DNA of 61,781 bases, the filler included, from Trypethelium eluteriae (Eukaryota): NCBI GenBank assembly GCA_051942245.1. It is 2 parts of 2 records of this genome, joined end to end, with 100 filler letters (N's around TTAATTAATTAA, not from the genome) between each part and the next. Parts side by side here need not be neighbours in the genome. Positions count along the whole stretch, not along the records: positions 1 to 30,913 come from JAVECL010000282.1; 1 more part is not named here. One strand, written 5' to 3'. This document shows positions 10,745 to 24,500 of the stretch, piece after piece. Every line of letters starts with the position of its first letter. The first letter of the stretch is position 1. Position numbers and translations under genes: made by a program. The notes below the pieces were generated by a model that saw only the letters and a program-made list of their open reading frames with translations, did not search any database and was not told where the DNA came from.

Positions 10745-12112
10745 ATGGCTCTCACGTCAGCGAAAGGCAAAATTCCGACTGGATATGCCGAGGAAGTTGC
10801 CCTCAGTGAATCTACGTTTCGATCCCAATACCGGGCACGGGAAGCCATCGAGGGGCCACCCTCCAAAAAGCGCAAGCGAGAGGGCAAAGGCGATTCGAGC
10901 GTGGTCTATGGAGCAGGAGCATACAAAGGTCCATGGGCAAAGTATGAAGAAGAAAGACCTGATGCCAGTTCAGAGGAAGAGGTAGAAGTGGAAGTGGAGT
11001 ATGAAGAAGATGAACTAGAACCGCAGCCCGAAGCGCCAACAAAAGCAGGGACAGCATATGAAGACGATGGGTCAGGCAAAGAATCAACAGAGTTTCACGG
11101 AACGGAGATGTACGATTATCAAGGCCGTACTTATATGCATGTGCCACAGGATCTGGACATCGATCTCAAAGGGGACCTTGCTGGCCTGAAGAACTACGTT
11201 CCCAAGAAGCTTATTCACACATGGAAGTCGCATACAAAGCCTATCACTCAGATTCGATTCCTTCCAGATTCTGGACATTTGCTTCTGTCTGCCTCTGCCG
11301 ATGGTAAGGTGAAGATATGGGACGTTTATCATCAGCGGGAGCTACTACGGACGTACTCCGGCCACAACAAGCTTGTATCCGATATTGATTTCAACAACGA
11401 TGGTCGTCAATTCCTATCAGCATCATATGATCGGCAAATGAAACTTTGGGACACCGAATACGGCAAATGTCTCAACAAATTCACAACTGGCAAAACTCCG
11501 CACGTTCTCAGATTCAACCCTGATCCATCTCTCAATCACGAATTCATCGCAGGCATGTCGGACAAGAAGATTGTCCAATTCGACACTCGGTCGGGCGAGC
11601 TGGTGCAAGAATACGACCACCATTTAGGCGCCATCAACACCCTTACCTTCTGCGACGACAACCGCCGTTTCATCTCCACCTCGGACGACAAGTCCCTGCG
11701 CGCCTGGGAATACGGCATCCCCGTCCCCATCAAATTCATCGCCGAGCCCTACATGTATCCCATGGTGCGCTCCGCCCCTCACCCATCCGGCAAATACGTC
11801 GCGTTCCAGTCGTCAGACAACCAGATTGTGGTCTACGCGGCTACAGACCGCTTCCGACAGAATCGCAAGAAGGGGTTCCGAGGGCACAACAATGCGGGTT
11901 ATGCAATCGACGTGGCGATCAGTCCGGATGGCGACATTGTGACGAGTGGTGATAGCGCAGGGTTCGTCTGCTTTTGGGACTGGAAAACGGGCAAGATGTG
12001 GCATAAGATTCAGGCAAGCGATGGGGCAGTAGTCGCTTGTGCATGGCATCCAAGGGAGACGAGCAAGGTGGTGACGGGGGCGCTGGATGGGACGCTGAAG
12101 TATTGGGACTGA
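10745..12112 (+). CDS. PRP17: Pre-mRNA splicing factor Prp17/Cdc40 (WD40 repeats)
   Basis: ESTEFHGTEMYDYQGRTYMHVPQDL, VPKKLIHTW, VQEYDHHLGAIN, WEYGIPVPIK and C-terminal KYWD. Confidence 0.94.
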   Translation: MALTSAKGKIPTGYAEEVALSESTFRSQYRAREAIEGPPSKKRKREGKGDSSVVYGAGAYKGPWAKYEEERPDASSEEEVEVEVEYEEDELEPQPEAPTKAGTAYEDDGSGKESTEFHGTEMYDYQGRTYMHVPQDLDIDLKGDLAGLKNYVPKKLIHTWKSHTKPITQIRFLPDSGHLLLSASADGKVKIWDVYHQRELLRTYSGHNKLVSDIDFNNDGRQFLSASYDRQMKLWDTEYGKCLNKFTTGKTPHVLRFNPDPSLNHEFIAGMSDKKIVQFDTRSGELVQEYDHHLGAINTLTFCDDNRRFISTSDDKSLRAWEYGIPVPIKFIAEPYMYPMVRSAPHPSGKYVAFQSSDNQIVVYAATDRFRQNRKKGFRGHNNAGYAIDVAISPDGDIVTSGDSAGFVCFWDWKTGKMWHKIQASDGAVVACAWHPRETSKVVTGALDGTLKYWD

Positions 12113-13565
12113 ATTACGCATGGATATCTTGGTGTAACAATTGTCGCAATGGTTGCAATCAAAGTTGCAATCACAGTTGCAATCGCGATCTTTTTGCTCC
12201 CACCTATTGATGATCGGGTAGGAAGTAGACTCAGTGTGAGGTCTGCCCTGTTTCCGTCACGAATAGAAAGTTCTGGAGGTCCCAAAGATTTGGGACGGAA
12301 CCCTTGGAGTGGTTGTTCAAAAGGCGACCTGCAGTAAGCTTATTCCCAAGCTCGTATGCTGTGTAACCAGGAAAATTGCCGCATACCAGGGTACTCGATG
12401 CTTTTTTCGACTGCACTTCAAGCAAATCATCACTGATAGGGCTCACTTCAGACGGTGAGGGTGCTCATCAGTAGATCTGCGCAATCAGATACGTCATAGC
12501 TCTTACTAGCGGTACATTTCTTATCGGGCACGTCGATACAATTTGCCATACACTCGTTTTTTAATTCCAGGTCCACAATTCTGTGACAGCTTCAACCTTG
12601 CCGTAAATACAGATTTTAGTCTTCCACATGCTTAATGTGCCTTCGATCTACATTCATGCATATCAAGTCGGTCAAGCGAGAGCTTGCGGGCACCGCGGGG
12701 TTAGGCAGTCAAGTGTGGAGGCTGGGCCTTTCCGAACGTGATTGGAGAGTCATATGAGCAAATATCTGGCTGGACTTGTCGTATATCTCATCCAACCGGG
12801 ATGATGAGACACAGTCGAAAGCGAGTGCTAGAATTACTGACAGTGTTCACGAGACCTAATGGGCGGCGTATCCATCCCCACGCGGCCAGTGCTACCGCTT
12901 GGCACAGTTGGTACCGGTACCATACCAGTGATGATGGGAGGCGGTAAGAGATGGGATACTGAGGACACTGCGCCAGAATGGTCAGAAGGAACCGCTGAAG
13001 CAGTCCAGCCAGAGGCTGAGCATCAGATGGATGCTCAAGTGATGTTGGTGCCCGAAAGATTCGGTGGTGGCCGGGACCCAATAAGGCCGCGGGGAGGGTT
13101 GGAGATCCCTGGTCATTCCGCAACCGCCTTTGTGATCCCCCATCATTGAAGAAAGCTGTCAACAAGCATTTCTGGCCAACATAAGGCTCCCTACTCCGCA
13201 TCTAGCTTGCCTACCCGCCCTTATCTTTAGCATGTCTAGCTCAGCTGCTGCTCCGACAATTGACACCACGTTGCAGGCCCTGCCTGCGGACCCCGGACCT
13301 AGCTCCGTCCTGCAAAAGGACCACTTTATATGAATGTAGTGCCCCCACACCTGTCATCTGCTCGAGGACAATAACGGCACCCGTCCACACACACGTGTTT
13401 CATCTTGGACTGTCGTGTCAAGTTCCAAGAGTGTGTAGCTGTGTCCCTCGTTTCTGCTACTTACGTGTGGCTGTTCCACTCATATAATTACTCGGTTCAG
13501 CGTTTTGGATACGGTCACAGTACATGTACTTTACTGAGCTTTGTACTTATTAGCAGAGCGCGACA

Positions 13566-16187
13566 ATGTCGTCCACGAACGAGAAACCGGAGAACAGCCA
13601 TACTCTTCCCCAGGCTGAAAGTCAGGCTCCCACAGCTGAGTCAAGAGGCTCGAGATTCGCGTTCTGGAAAAGGCCATCGAAGTCTATTCAGCCTGAGCAG
13701 AGGGGGGGCAATTCATCAGATGAGGATGGAGAGCCCAAGGCTCCAATTGCAAAATCCAGCCTTGGGATTCTCAACGACAGGTTTACGGATGAAGTACCAG
13801 GTAAATACAAGCCCTTCGCACGGAAACAGTTCATCTTGGCCTTAGACTGGAGGAATCATTGGCTAACTCAATGGTAGGCTCGGTTTTGCTGCTTTCAGGG
13901 CTCTCAGAGCACAATGAACCTTTGGGTATGCGTCATGCTCCCGAGAGAACCTCTTCGTCATCATTACCATCTCCGTACCCACCGTCCATGAGGAGCGCGT
14001 CGAGTCGTAGGACGTCTATACCCGAGACAAAGCGGACAGCGGATGGCAAGATCATTCTAGATCCACAACCAGATACATCATTGAACGATCCATTAAATTG
14101 GGCCTCATGGCGGAGAGATCTGGCATTGTTGGCAATCGGCTTCTATAGCATGCTCGGAGGTGGCATGACGCCAGTCCTGGCTGCTGGATTTACGAACGTG
14201 GCTCAGACCTACAACGTTTCTGTGCCAAGGGTTGCGCTTACAACCGGTCTGTATATGATGGGTCTTGGTGTTAGCAATGTCATCATGTCACCCACCGCCA
14301 TCTTGTGGGGCAAACGTCCAGTTTATTTGCTTGGCGGATTTCTGTTCATTGTTTCGGCAATTTGGTGTGCAGTTTCACCTAATTACGCTTCTTTGGTAGT
14401 TGCTCGTATCTTCATGGGCCTTGGTGTCGCTCCTGTGGAGTGTCTCCCTTCTGCGTCAGTCGCCGAGATTTTCTTTCTGCACGAGCGAGCATACCGTTTG
14501 GGTATATATACGCTTTTGTTGCTTGGAGGGAAGAATCTGATCCCCTTGGTGAGCGCGGCAATCATTGAGACGCTGGGCTGGCGGTAAGTTCTTCGTCACG
14601 AACAAGAAACAACAATGTCTGATTGACTTATTCCTATCTAGGTGGGTGTTTTGGATTGTGGCGATCGTCGTCGGCTTCAGTACTACCTTAATATTTCTGT
14701 TTGTTCCAGAGACATTTTGGGATCGGACTCCACGATCACATAAACATCACCGAAAGCAGGGCAATCCAAGCCATCATTCGCTCACTTCCTTATTCAGCAA
14801 TAGACACAGGAGTGTGGATCCTTCAGCTGTCGGAAGGAAACCCCGCAAGGACACGGTAAATCTTCAAGATCCAGCAGAAGAGTCTGAAATTGCCCAAAGG
14901 CGCCAGGAGAAGAAAGCTCATCACGTCGGATTTGCAGACGAAGCCGCAGCCGACTCTCATGAGAAGGATGACCAGAAATCGACCGGAAGCACCCCTACTT
15001 TACACGACGCCCAGGAAGTGCCGGAAATTGCCATCTCATCTCCACCTCAATCCAATGGCTCCCATCCGCAAGGAGACGCCAGTATTCCGGTGACTCCAGA
15101 TGCTAGGCCGGATCTCAAGGTCAACACTAACGCCGAAGAGGGCAATGACTACCTTAGCGCCTTTGATGTGCCTCCGGCAAAAGATGAAGAGGTTGGCCAG
15201 CCAGAGCTTGATGCTGCAGGTTTGTCTCAGCCTCCTTCTGCTGAGCGCGGCCGCCTCCGATCTACTAAACACCATACTGCAACCCCCTACCCCGAGCAAG
15301 GCTCCGCTGTGACACCAATGACGGTGAATCCTGACGGCAGCATTCCATATACCACACAACTGCGCGGTCAGCCCCCTAAGTCGTATGTCCAGACCCTCAG
15401 GCCGTTCAGTGGACGTCTAAGTCGAGATAAATGGTGGAAGGCCGCCATTCGGCCCTTCATCCTTTTCGCATACCCAAGCGTGCTCTGGAGCGCTATGGTG
15501 TACGCTCTTAGTGTTGGCTGGCTGATTGTGCTTTCCGAATCGATCACGACTATCTATCGTGACAAGACTACTTACAATTTCAGTGCGCTTGGCAGCGGTC
15601 TGGTATATCTAAGTCCCTTCATCGGCGGTATACTTGGTACTGCGGTAGCTGGCAAGGTGTCTGACTTCATCGTGCGTTACATGTCTAAGCGTAATGACGG
15701 TATCTATGAGCCGGAATTCCGTCTTGTGATGGCGATTCCTGTTATGTTGAGCACTGTTATCGGACTGATGGGGTTTGGCTGGTCCGCTCAGGAAAAGGAT
15801 GCCTGGATCGTACCCACTCTCTTCTTTGGCATTATTAGCTTTGGTTGTACTTTGGGTAGTACGACCGCCATTACTTTTGTTGTGGATAGTTATCGTCAAT
15901 ATGCGGGCGAGGCGCTGGTCACACTTAATTTCTCCAAGAGTGAGATTTTCCTTGACATTCTGAATTATCGAGACATATTTTGCTAACGAGAACTCACAGA
16001 TATCTTCCATGGGCTGGTATTCTCTCTTTTCTTCAATTCTTGGCTTCAAGACGATGGACCGAAAAAGGTCTTCCTCGCACTTGGTGGAATCCAGCTAGGA
16101 TTCCTTTTTCTCACAATTCCTATGTATATTTACGGCAAGCGAGCGAGGATGTGGACTGTACGAAAGAATTTGATGGAGAAATTTTGA
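13566..16187 (+). CDS. Major facilitator superfamily transporter (DHA1/Hol1-like) with a large hydrophilic loop
   Basis: ILDPQPDTSLNDPLNW, AILWGKRPVYL, EIFFLHERAYRLGIY, LGWRWVFW, FVPETFWDR, EPEFRL and YGKRARMW. Introns at about 13801-13877, 14584-14641 and 15940-15999. Confidence 0.9.
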
Positions 16188-16505
16188 AGGGATATGTTGG
16201 AGATCAGTCACACTTGTCCATGCTATCGAGATCTTTGGCAAATGGCTTGCAATGTTATCAGATATGTGGGCATGATAGAAAACCGAGTTGGATAGGACAT
16301 TTAACAACATGGCTTCCTGACAGGTAATGATAATAAGAATCCACTGCGGTCTATTATTCCCTCTATTTTTCCCGATCTAAAAGGAGAAAGATGTCTCTTT
16401 TGTTCTTGTTTGCTCCCACATAAGCGAGGAGAGGTTACTGCATTCCAGGAAGAGCCGTCTATAAGCGGTGTCTCCGGTCGTGAACCCGAGAGCGACTCCT
16501 CAGAG

Positions 16506-17837
16506 ATGGTTAATGAACCAGCATCGAATTCTCCAACCATGCAATACGTTTTCGCGGTCCTGATATTGCTTTACGTTGGAGTCGTAGCTAGTCTACGGTG
16601 CCGCAGAGCACATGGTTTTTACAAGAAATACAGCATTGAATCTCGAGGTGACTTTGCGCGTCTCACAGCTGATCAAGCGCAAATGATATTGAAGGATCTT
16701 GCCGAGCTTGAGTTTAATGAGTCTTTCCATGACTTTTGCGCTCTTCAAAGTCCGTAAATACAGCCTTCCTTGATCAGATTCATACTAATCTCCATGGACA
16801 AGACGTACGGCGTTCCAACCATTTCTTCTGTACTCGTTGGCACAGGAGAACTGAAGAACCTTGAGACTGCCTCTAAGCGGACTGCAGACACTGGTGTTCT
16901 GCTTCTAGAATTTGCCCTCAATAAACCTTCTTCAAAACGCTCGACCGACGCTGTCGCACGGATGAATTACCTTCATAGCCGTTACCAGCGAGCAGGCAAG
17001 ATCCTTGATTCGGATATGTTGTACACGCTAAGTTTATTCGCTTTGGAGACTATCCGGTGGATTGAGCGCTACGAATGGCGTCTCATGACTGACCTTGAGC
17101 GTTGCGCAAGCGGGACATTCTGGAAGGCTGTGGGAGATGATATGCAAATATCTTACGAGGCCTTGCCCTCCTACAAGACTGGCTGGCGGGATGGTCTTCA
17201 CTGGCTAGAAGAAATCGAAGAGTGGAGTCTGGGATATGAAGCCGAAAAGACGGTTCCGGCGGATGTCAATAATCGCTTGGCGCAAGCCCATATCGCCAAT
17301 CTTTTCTACGATCTGCCGCCCCGGCATCGTGTCATTCCGGAGAAAGTAGTCGCTGTATTGGTTGGGGAGAGACTTCGAAAAGCTATGCAGTAAGTGGGGC
17401 GTTGGTCGCTATTGATATCCAGGAGTACTCACGACCGCAGACTTCTCGAACCTTCGCCGACATACCATTGGATTGTCAAAGCCATATTTTCTGGCCGCAA
17501 GTATCTGCTTCGCTACTTTGCATTGCCCCGCTATGAATTCTCACGAAAGAACTATATCTCCAAAAGCCCTGATATGAGGTCTGGGAAATACAACCTTAAA
17601 GATTATCTGTCATATCCGTGGTACGTGGAACCTTCTACAGCTGTGCGATGGCAACCAAAAACATTGATATATTGGGCTCTGGGTTGTAAGATCCCAGGTG
17701 ACGATGGTGATAAATATCATCCGGATGGTTATACAATCTCCGAGGTTGGACCAAAATTTGAGCGTGGGCGAGGGCTGGCTGAAATGGAGTTGGACAGACA
17801 ACGCATGAGCGTGCAAGGAGGATGTCCTTTTCCATAG
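16506..17837 (+). pseudogene. ER-bound oxygenase MpaB/DUF2236-like gene with an apparent frameshift near 16713-16716
   Basis: N-terminal TM segment and LAELEF lie in one frame; LMSLSMTFALFK lies in the +1 frame and splices (intron 16750-16802) to TYGVPTISSVLVGTG, KRTADTGVLL, AVARMNYLHSRY, DMLYTLSLF and WIERYEWR. Second intron 17390-17440; ends GCPFP. Confidence 0.7.
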
Positions 17838-18374
17838 TCTTCCTTGCTAGTTGATAAAACGTGCACATCATCGGTGGCGTTAACTGAGTGGGCACTCTAG
17901 CTTTGAACGGATGGGATTTAGCTTACGAAAGGGAGTCCACAAGCAATGAGCATACCTCTATCACAAACTTATAGAGTACCGTATTGAGCATACTATTCAG
18001 CTCCTTCTATCGTATCAAAATACATTCATCTTACGTGGATCATCGTTCTGAGATACTCTTTCTATAATTTCCTACTTCGCTACATTACAAACGTAGTTGA
18101 GTGCTTATGACGCCTATGGCCAACAATTTGACCGAAACAACCTTTGGACCCAGTCATCCTTCTCTTGCCCCTCCAGCCCCAGCATGACTCCTTAATACCG
18201 GGCCACCCCAAGGGGACCGGTCTGCAGCTATTTAATCTACTTCGATCTCTCCCAGGTACTGCTTCACCTATACTACGAATTCATCCCGTTGAGGGGTAAG
18301 AACGACGTTGGCTAGGCGATTCAACTGGATCATACTACGCTTCCGTCATCGCATCATCGCGCGTCCGGCTCGAC

Positions 18375-20725
18375 ATGTCTAATAACCCACCACCGGCCAT
18401 TGCTCCTTCCAAGTCCGTCAATACACCTGCACAACTCTCTCCCGCCCACTCTCAGAGCAGTTCTTCCGCCTTTGGCGACCTCTACGGACAACGTCGGACA
18501 GGCAGTTCCGGTAGCTTTGGTGCGGGGGCGAGTTCGAGGCAAGTTGCGACGCCACGGAATAGTCAAGCCTCGCGGAAACAGCATAAAGGATTCAAGAAAT
18601 CGAGGCTGGCGGATGAGGATGCTATTGCGGAATCCGTGAGTCGCGCTACGTGTCATAATAGTTATCTTATACTCAAACGAGATATTGCAGGTCGCCATGC
18701 GATCAACTAGCAGCCGCAAGGGTCAAACTTCCATTACTCATTTGATGAACTTCTCTCTTCCTCCGAGGCCACAGTACAACCATCAAAGCTATAGTTATGG
18801 ACACCGAAACAGTCGCAGAAACCCAACATGGGGGCTCGGGTCCGGCTATCACGCTGTGGACAAGGCGAGGTATCCATCCCATGAACCACAAGGATGAGCA
18901 GTACCTGACATCTTGAAGATACGTCAATGCCAATTACAGGTTCATAGTCGACCCGCGTGCAGACTACCGCGCTCAACGCGAAGATCCAGATGTTCACCTT
19001 GACTGGTCGAATGTCTTACAGGTTCTCGCTTCGTCTCAATCCCAGGCTACGTCATGTCCTATCTGTTTAGGAAATCCTGTTGCTCCACGTATGGCCAAAT
19101 GTGGACATGTCTTTTGCTTACCTTGTCTTATTCGCTACATGCATTCCGACGATTCTGCAAACCCGCCACCCGAGAAAAAAGCAAGATGGAAGAAGTGTCC
19201 GATATGTTATGATAGTATTTATATTTCCGAGACTCGCCCTACTCGTTTCGTCACTGGACAAGAAGGAGAGGCTCCACGAGAAGGCGACGATGTCAGACTT
19301 CGCCTCATTATGCGTCCAAGCGTCAGAACGCTTGCACTCCCTAGAGATGGAGCTGATACTCTTGCCAAAGAAGATGATATACCTTGGCATTTTGCTGCAG
19401 AAGTCATGGATTATGCAAGAATCATGAAGGGAACCGAGACGTATCTGGTCGCTTGTTACGATGAAGATATTGCAGAATTGCAGAGACAAGAGCATGAGGA
19501 CGAATTGATGTTCGGTGAGGATACTCAGTGGACACGGCGTGCTGTTAAAGTGCTCGAAGATTACAAGGAAAAGCTTAAGGACATCGGCAACCCACCCAGC
19601 ATGCCTGCTAAGCCTGCCGAACCAAAACCCAAAAAGGCACCAATCCAATTCGACGATGGCCACGCTGACGTACCCGATATGTATTACATACAGCATGCAG
19701 CGAGATCAGGTCAAAGTATCTCCGAACCTTCAGCGGCATCGAAGACCGATGCAATTTTTGCAAGTGCAACAGACGCATCATCTATTACAGAAAGAAACGA
19801 ACAGGGCCAAGAGAAACAAGGACCGAACTCATCTAGAACAACACCAAAAGGATCAAGCGCAATCGCAAGTTCGCTTGCGGAGCTTCGAAACCGACAGCAC
19901 CACGAGTATCAGCCTTCCGAATACTTTTTCTATCAAGCATTGATGCATTACTATTTATCACCTCTTGACATTCGTATTTTGAAGGCTGCATTTGGATACT
20001 TTTCCTCATTCCCATCCACTATTCTTCCCCGTGTGGAACATGTCTCCACAGGCCATATCATTGACGATGATCTACGAAAACGCACGAAGTATTTGGCCCA
20101 CCTCCCGTACGGCTGCGAGGTTGGCTTTTTGGAATGCGACTGGACAGACGTCGTCGCGCCCGAAATCCTTGAAAAATTTCGGCCAGAAATAGAAAGACGA
20201 AGGAAAAGGAATTTTGATAAGGAGACAAGGGAAGAGAAAGAAAGGATCAGAGCGGAGAAAGAGGAGGAGGACAAGCGGTATGCTGCTGCGAGGAGGAAAC
20301 GACCCAGTATTCCAGTCGATCAATCCTCGATCACTGAATTCCAGCCCTTGGAGAGCTCAGCGTCAACGGATGTCGCTACGTCCAGTGGTGCTGAGATGAC
20401 ATCTTCCACCCCACCATGGCATACTGGTCGGGCACAGGGCTCAGCGTTCGCATCGCTTGCGTCACCTTCCACCAGCCCAGAACAGCCACGTACGGTGTGG
20501 GGAACCGCGGCCATCACACCTGTCTCTCCAGAGCTCGTGGCTCAGCCTCGACAGCCAGACACCGTCGACGATGGTTGGTTGCAGGGATGGGAGAGGGATC
20601 TTCTCCATGAAGAAGACCTGGTCGCACAGGTGCAGGCGGCATCGCTTTCTACTGGGAAAGGTGGCGGCAAGAAGAAAAAGAATAAGATCACGCTGATGAG
20701 TACCACTGCACGAAGGGGTGCATAA
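18375..20725 (+). CDS. MAG2: RING finger protein, Mag2/RNF10-like
   Basis: SRKGQTSITHLMNF, DKARYVNANYRFIV, CPICL...AKCGHVFCLPCLIRY...WKKCPIC, YYLSPLDIRILK and C-terminal KITLMST. Introns at about 18636-18690 and 18870-18919. Confidence 0.85.
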
Positions 20726-21581
20726 TGTGGTCTGTGTCTGATTCGGAAAGTCTTTGGAGCCCTTCCGGGCTGGGCTGTATAAAGTTCGAATAGAATATCA
20801 GGGAGATCTACAGATTCTTCAATATTTTGATGAGCGCTTTGTCGGGCCTCACGAATGGAACTTACTGAGGAACTCCCTCAAACTGAGGAAGTTAAAGCTT
20901 TCGACCGTCTCTAACACGCTGGTCGCGAGGTCCAGCGTACATATGTTAAAGTACAAGGGTACGCTGGGTTTCAGCACTAGTACTGAATATCCTTATCTCA
21001 CGCCGTGGTGGGACAACTTAGTCCTGCTTGAGTGAACTACCTGGAGAGATGCATGATGCAGTCTAATCCTGATAGATAATGGCCATCAGAGGTGCCAAAA
21101 GAAATGTTGTAATTCGTACATGTAGACTGAACTGCTAAAACCGAGTTGGGGAGCCTATTTGATGAAATTATGGCCACCAAAGTCATTTTCAAAAGAAGAC
21201 GAGATGGGTTTCAGTCTCGGCATAAGGCAGTGAAATTTTATGGTTTTATGTGGGAGTGTGTACGGCGAGTTGACCAAGCGCTTATGTATTCTATTCGCAT
21301 AGAGTACGCATCAATCTCACATCTTACTACCGGCGACCCGCCAGCAAGATCTTGACCTTGACCCTCTTGCAAACATTCAACGCAAGATTGCAAACGAGCA
21401 AAGAATTTTGAATCCATGATCTCACGTGAGCGTCACAACCTGGCTTGGACAGCTATTGTGCTCCAACCATGCCTTGGAACGTCGATCGATTTGTAGGGAT
21501 AAAGACCTATCATCTGTAATTGATCGAATGTTAGAAAAATTCCCTTCTACAAGCACCTTAGCCCCTAGATTGAATGGAATA

Positions 21582-24500
21582 TCAACCGATCTTTCCAGCT
21601 TCCTGTCTCAGCTCAGTACGTTTTGCGACCTGTTCTGCTAGTTCTGCGATACTAATCTGCCCGGTGATGTCAAAGACCGCCACATCGGCTTTCCACACCT
21701 TAGCAAACCAGTTTCTTAGTTCGACTGCAAGCAGACTGTCCACACCACACGCATGCAAAGGCTTGGTTGTATCGATCTCTGCCTTCGTCAGTGATAAAGC
21801 ACGTTCCAACTTCTCCAGCATGCTCTCAAGGACAATTGCGGCGGCATCAGCTTCTGAAGTTGCCTGAGCAAAGGCCGTTAGAAAATTTGCAGAGCCTGGG
21901 TTCTGGCCTGTCGGCAGAGCCAAATCACCATCTCCTTCGGTGCTGTGCTTCAATAGTCTGAACATCGGGCGATCCATCCACTGAGGAGGATCCAAGCCGC
22001 GGCTTCTAAATTGCGATGCGGTAACCAGGCCGATGATGGGCTGGACTTGCCAATTCTCCAGGTCATGCTCTGCTACACCTGGGTTGCAATAGTATTCAAG
22101 CAATGCGTGGAACTCGTCTTCGCCGATAGCCGCCAAGTCAGCTGCAGCTTCCTTACCTTGGGTGTACTTCGCATTCTCGGCCACAACACCGATATCACGC
22201 ATCCATCCGAGATCGATCGATGTCGCTTGAAGACCATGCGCGCGACGGTACCAAGCTAGTGAGTCTTGATAAGTATTTCCCGCCGCATAATTAGCTTGAC
22301 CAGGTGATCCGGCAATGCCAGCCACTGAGGAAAGCATGATAAAGAAGTCCAGATTGGCGGGAAGCAGAGAGTGTAGATTCCATGTACTATGTACTTTGGA
22401 TTCGATAGTGGCCTGCCAGTCGGTGAATGTCATGTTGCTAAAAATTGAATCTTTCAATACCATGGTCGCCTGGATACAACCCTTTATAGGAGGCATGTTG
22501 TCGTAGCTTTGGAGAGCCTTTGACAACGAATCGGCCGACGAAACATCGCATCTTGGAACTTCGACCCGAACGCCATTACGTCTCAGTTCGTCGACCATCC
22601 GCAGAGCCGCCTCAGACTTCGGACCTGATCGTGAGAGGAGAATAAGATTCTTAGCGCCCTTCGTGGCCATCCACCGTGCCGTACTTCTGCCAAGGCCCCC
22701 AAGACCGCCGGCAATGATATACGTGCACTGAGCATCGAAGCTATACGATGATTTATATGAAAGGCACATTGGGACGATGTCTGTAGGGTTGACGTTCAGT
22801 ACAATCTTTCCTGTGCTTTTACCTCCCTGCATAAACCTGAACGCAGATTCGAGCTCCGAAATGGGAAACTCGTGCAAGGGAGATGCAATTCGTAACTTTC
22901 CAGAGCGGGCAAGATCAAGAATTGCCAGTAAAGACTTCCGTACCTGTACTTGTCGATGGATAGTCATGTGGTCGACTGCGATGGCAGAGAAAGAGACATT
23001 CTTGGCAAAATGTGTCATTGGAAGTTTCGAATTTCCCTCCACGTCAGTTTTCCCCAGTTCAACAAAACGTCCATAGGGTGCGATACATTCCCATGACGCA
23101 AAAAGACTCTCGCCGGATAACGAGTTCAGCACAACATCCACCCCGCGCTCGTTTGTCGAGCGCATGATCTCATCTGCGAATGAAGTATTTCTGCTATAGA
23201 ACACCCGATTTTCTGGAATACCGTAGAGTTCGGTAACGAGCTTCTGTTTCTCTTGCGAACCGACTGTCACAAATAGGTTAGCACCGATAGCCTGGGCGAT
23301 CTGAATAGCCATCTGTCCAGTCCCTCCTGCCCCAGAATGAATTAATATGGATTCTTCCTTCTGGAGATTAGCAACTGTGACTAGGGAATGGAATGCGGTC
23401 ACGCCGGTAACGGGGAGAGATGCCGCATGAGCGAACGGCATATCATCTGGAATCTTCGCAGCCAGAAGTTGATTACAACGTGCAAATGTATTGACGCATC
23501 CCAATATGGCTGCGCAGACTCGATCCCCAGGTTGCATAAGACTGCAATTGGCCCCCACGCGAGTGACAATGCCCGCGCACTCGCAACCCACTGTACTTGC
23601 ATGGTGTCTACCCAAAATGACGACCAGGTCGCGGAAATTGACACCAACAGCCTTCACTTCAATCTCAACCTCGTCGGGATGCAGGTGCGTCACATGCTCC
23701 AGATCTTCGACGAATTGTAGCGCTTCCAGTGAGCCTGGATTCATGATTTTAAGGGCGAGAGGCGGCCCTTTCTGAAATTCCTGACTTGTGTTTGTGGCCG
23801 TATTTATCACGTGGATCTGTCGATTTAGCGATGTCGCTTCGATGACTCTGTTGATGTACAGAAGCCCCCCTTTTTCGGCATACTCGAGCTCTCGCTCGCC
23901 ATTTGCATAGACTGAATCCATCACTTTGTGTATCTGCTTTCCTATCCGTTCAGGAATGCCACTTTCTTCCAAGGCCATCGTGACAAATTGGAGATTGCTG
24001 TCCTCGGTGTGCAAGACGCGGGCGAGACCATCAACAAGACTGGCTTGTGGACTCCTAAAGGCCGCACCAGCACCCATACTAGCCCACACAATGCGTCGTG
24101 CAGAGCCCAGTAGCTTCTGCATTGCATGGAAGCGATGACTGGTCATCTCGTACAGATACTTTCCGTCGAGTTCAACCAGAACAACAAGCAAGTCGGTCTG
24201 GTATGGTAAGCCCGTCTCTACATCGCTCATAGAAACTACCTCGCATTCCGCAGTCCCAAAAGTTGGACGAGAGCAGACGCTGTCTGCTACAGCTCGCTCT
24301 AGGGGACTATCAGGGGATATCGCCAGGGATATTCTCCGAAGGCTGCAGCTTGCTTCCATTTGGTTAGAAGCCGTGGCTATCATGACACTGTTCTCATGGC
24401 AAATTTCGTCTTGGTAGTCCGGCAGAGCAAAGTCTACGCCAGAGAATCCATTTTCCTTTAAGAGTTCGTGCCATTGAGTCTTCGAAATGCAAGGGCTATC

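Noticed and set aside
12138..12188. Short GTTGCAATC-type ~12-bp repeats after the PRP17 stop
   Set aside because: Three to four degenerate copies in a 3' UTR with no spacers; a simple minisatellite, not CRISPR-like.
12929..13038. GTGATGA...CTGA boxes and an 8-bp hairpin TGAGCATC/GATGCTCA upstream of the MFS gene
   Set aside because: No terminal stem or convincing rRNA-complementary guide was recognised; these short motifs are expected by chance.
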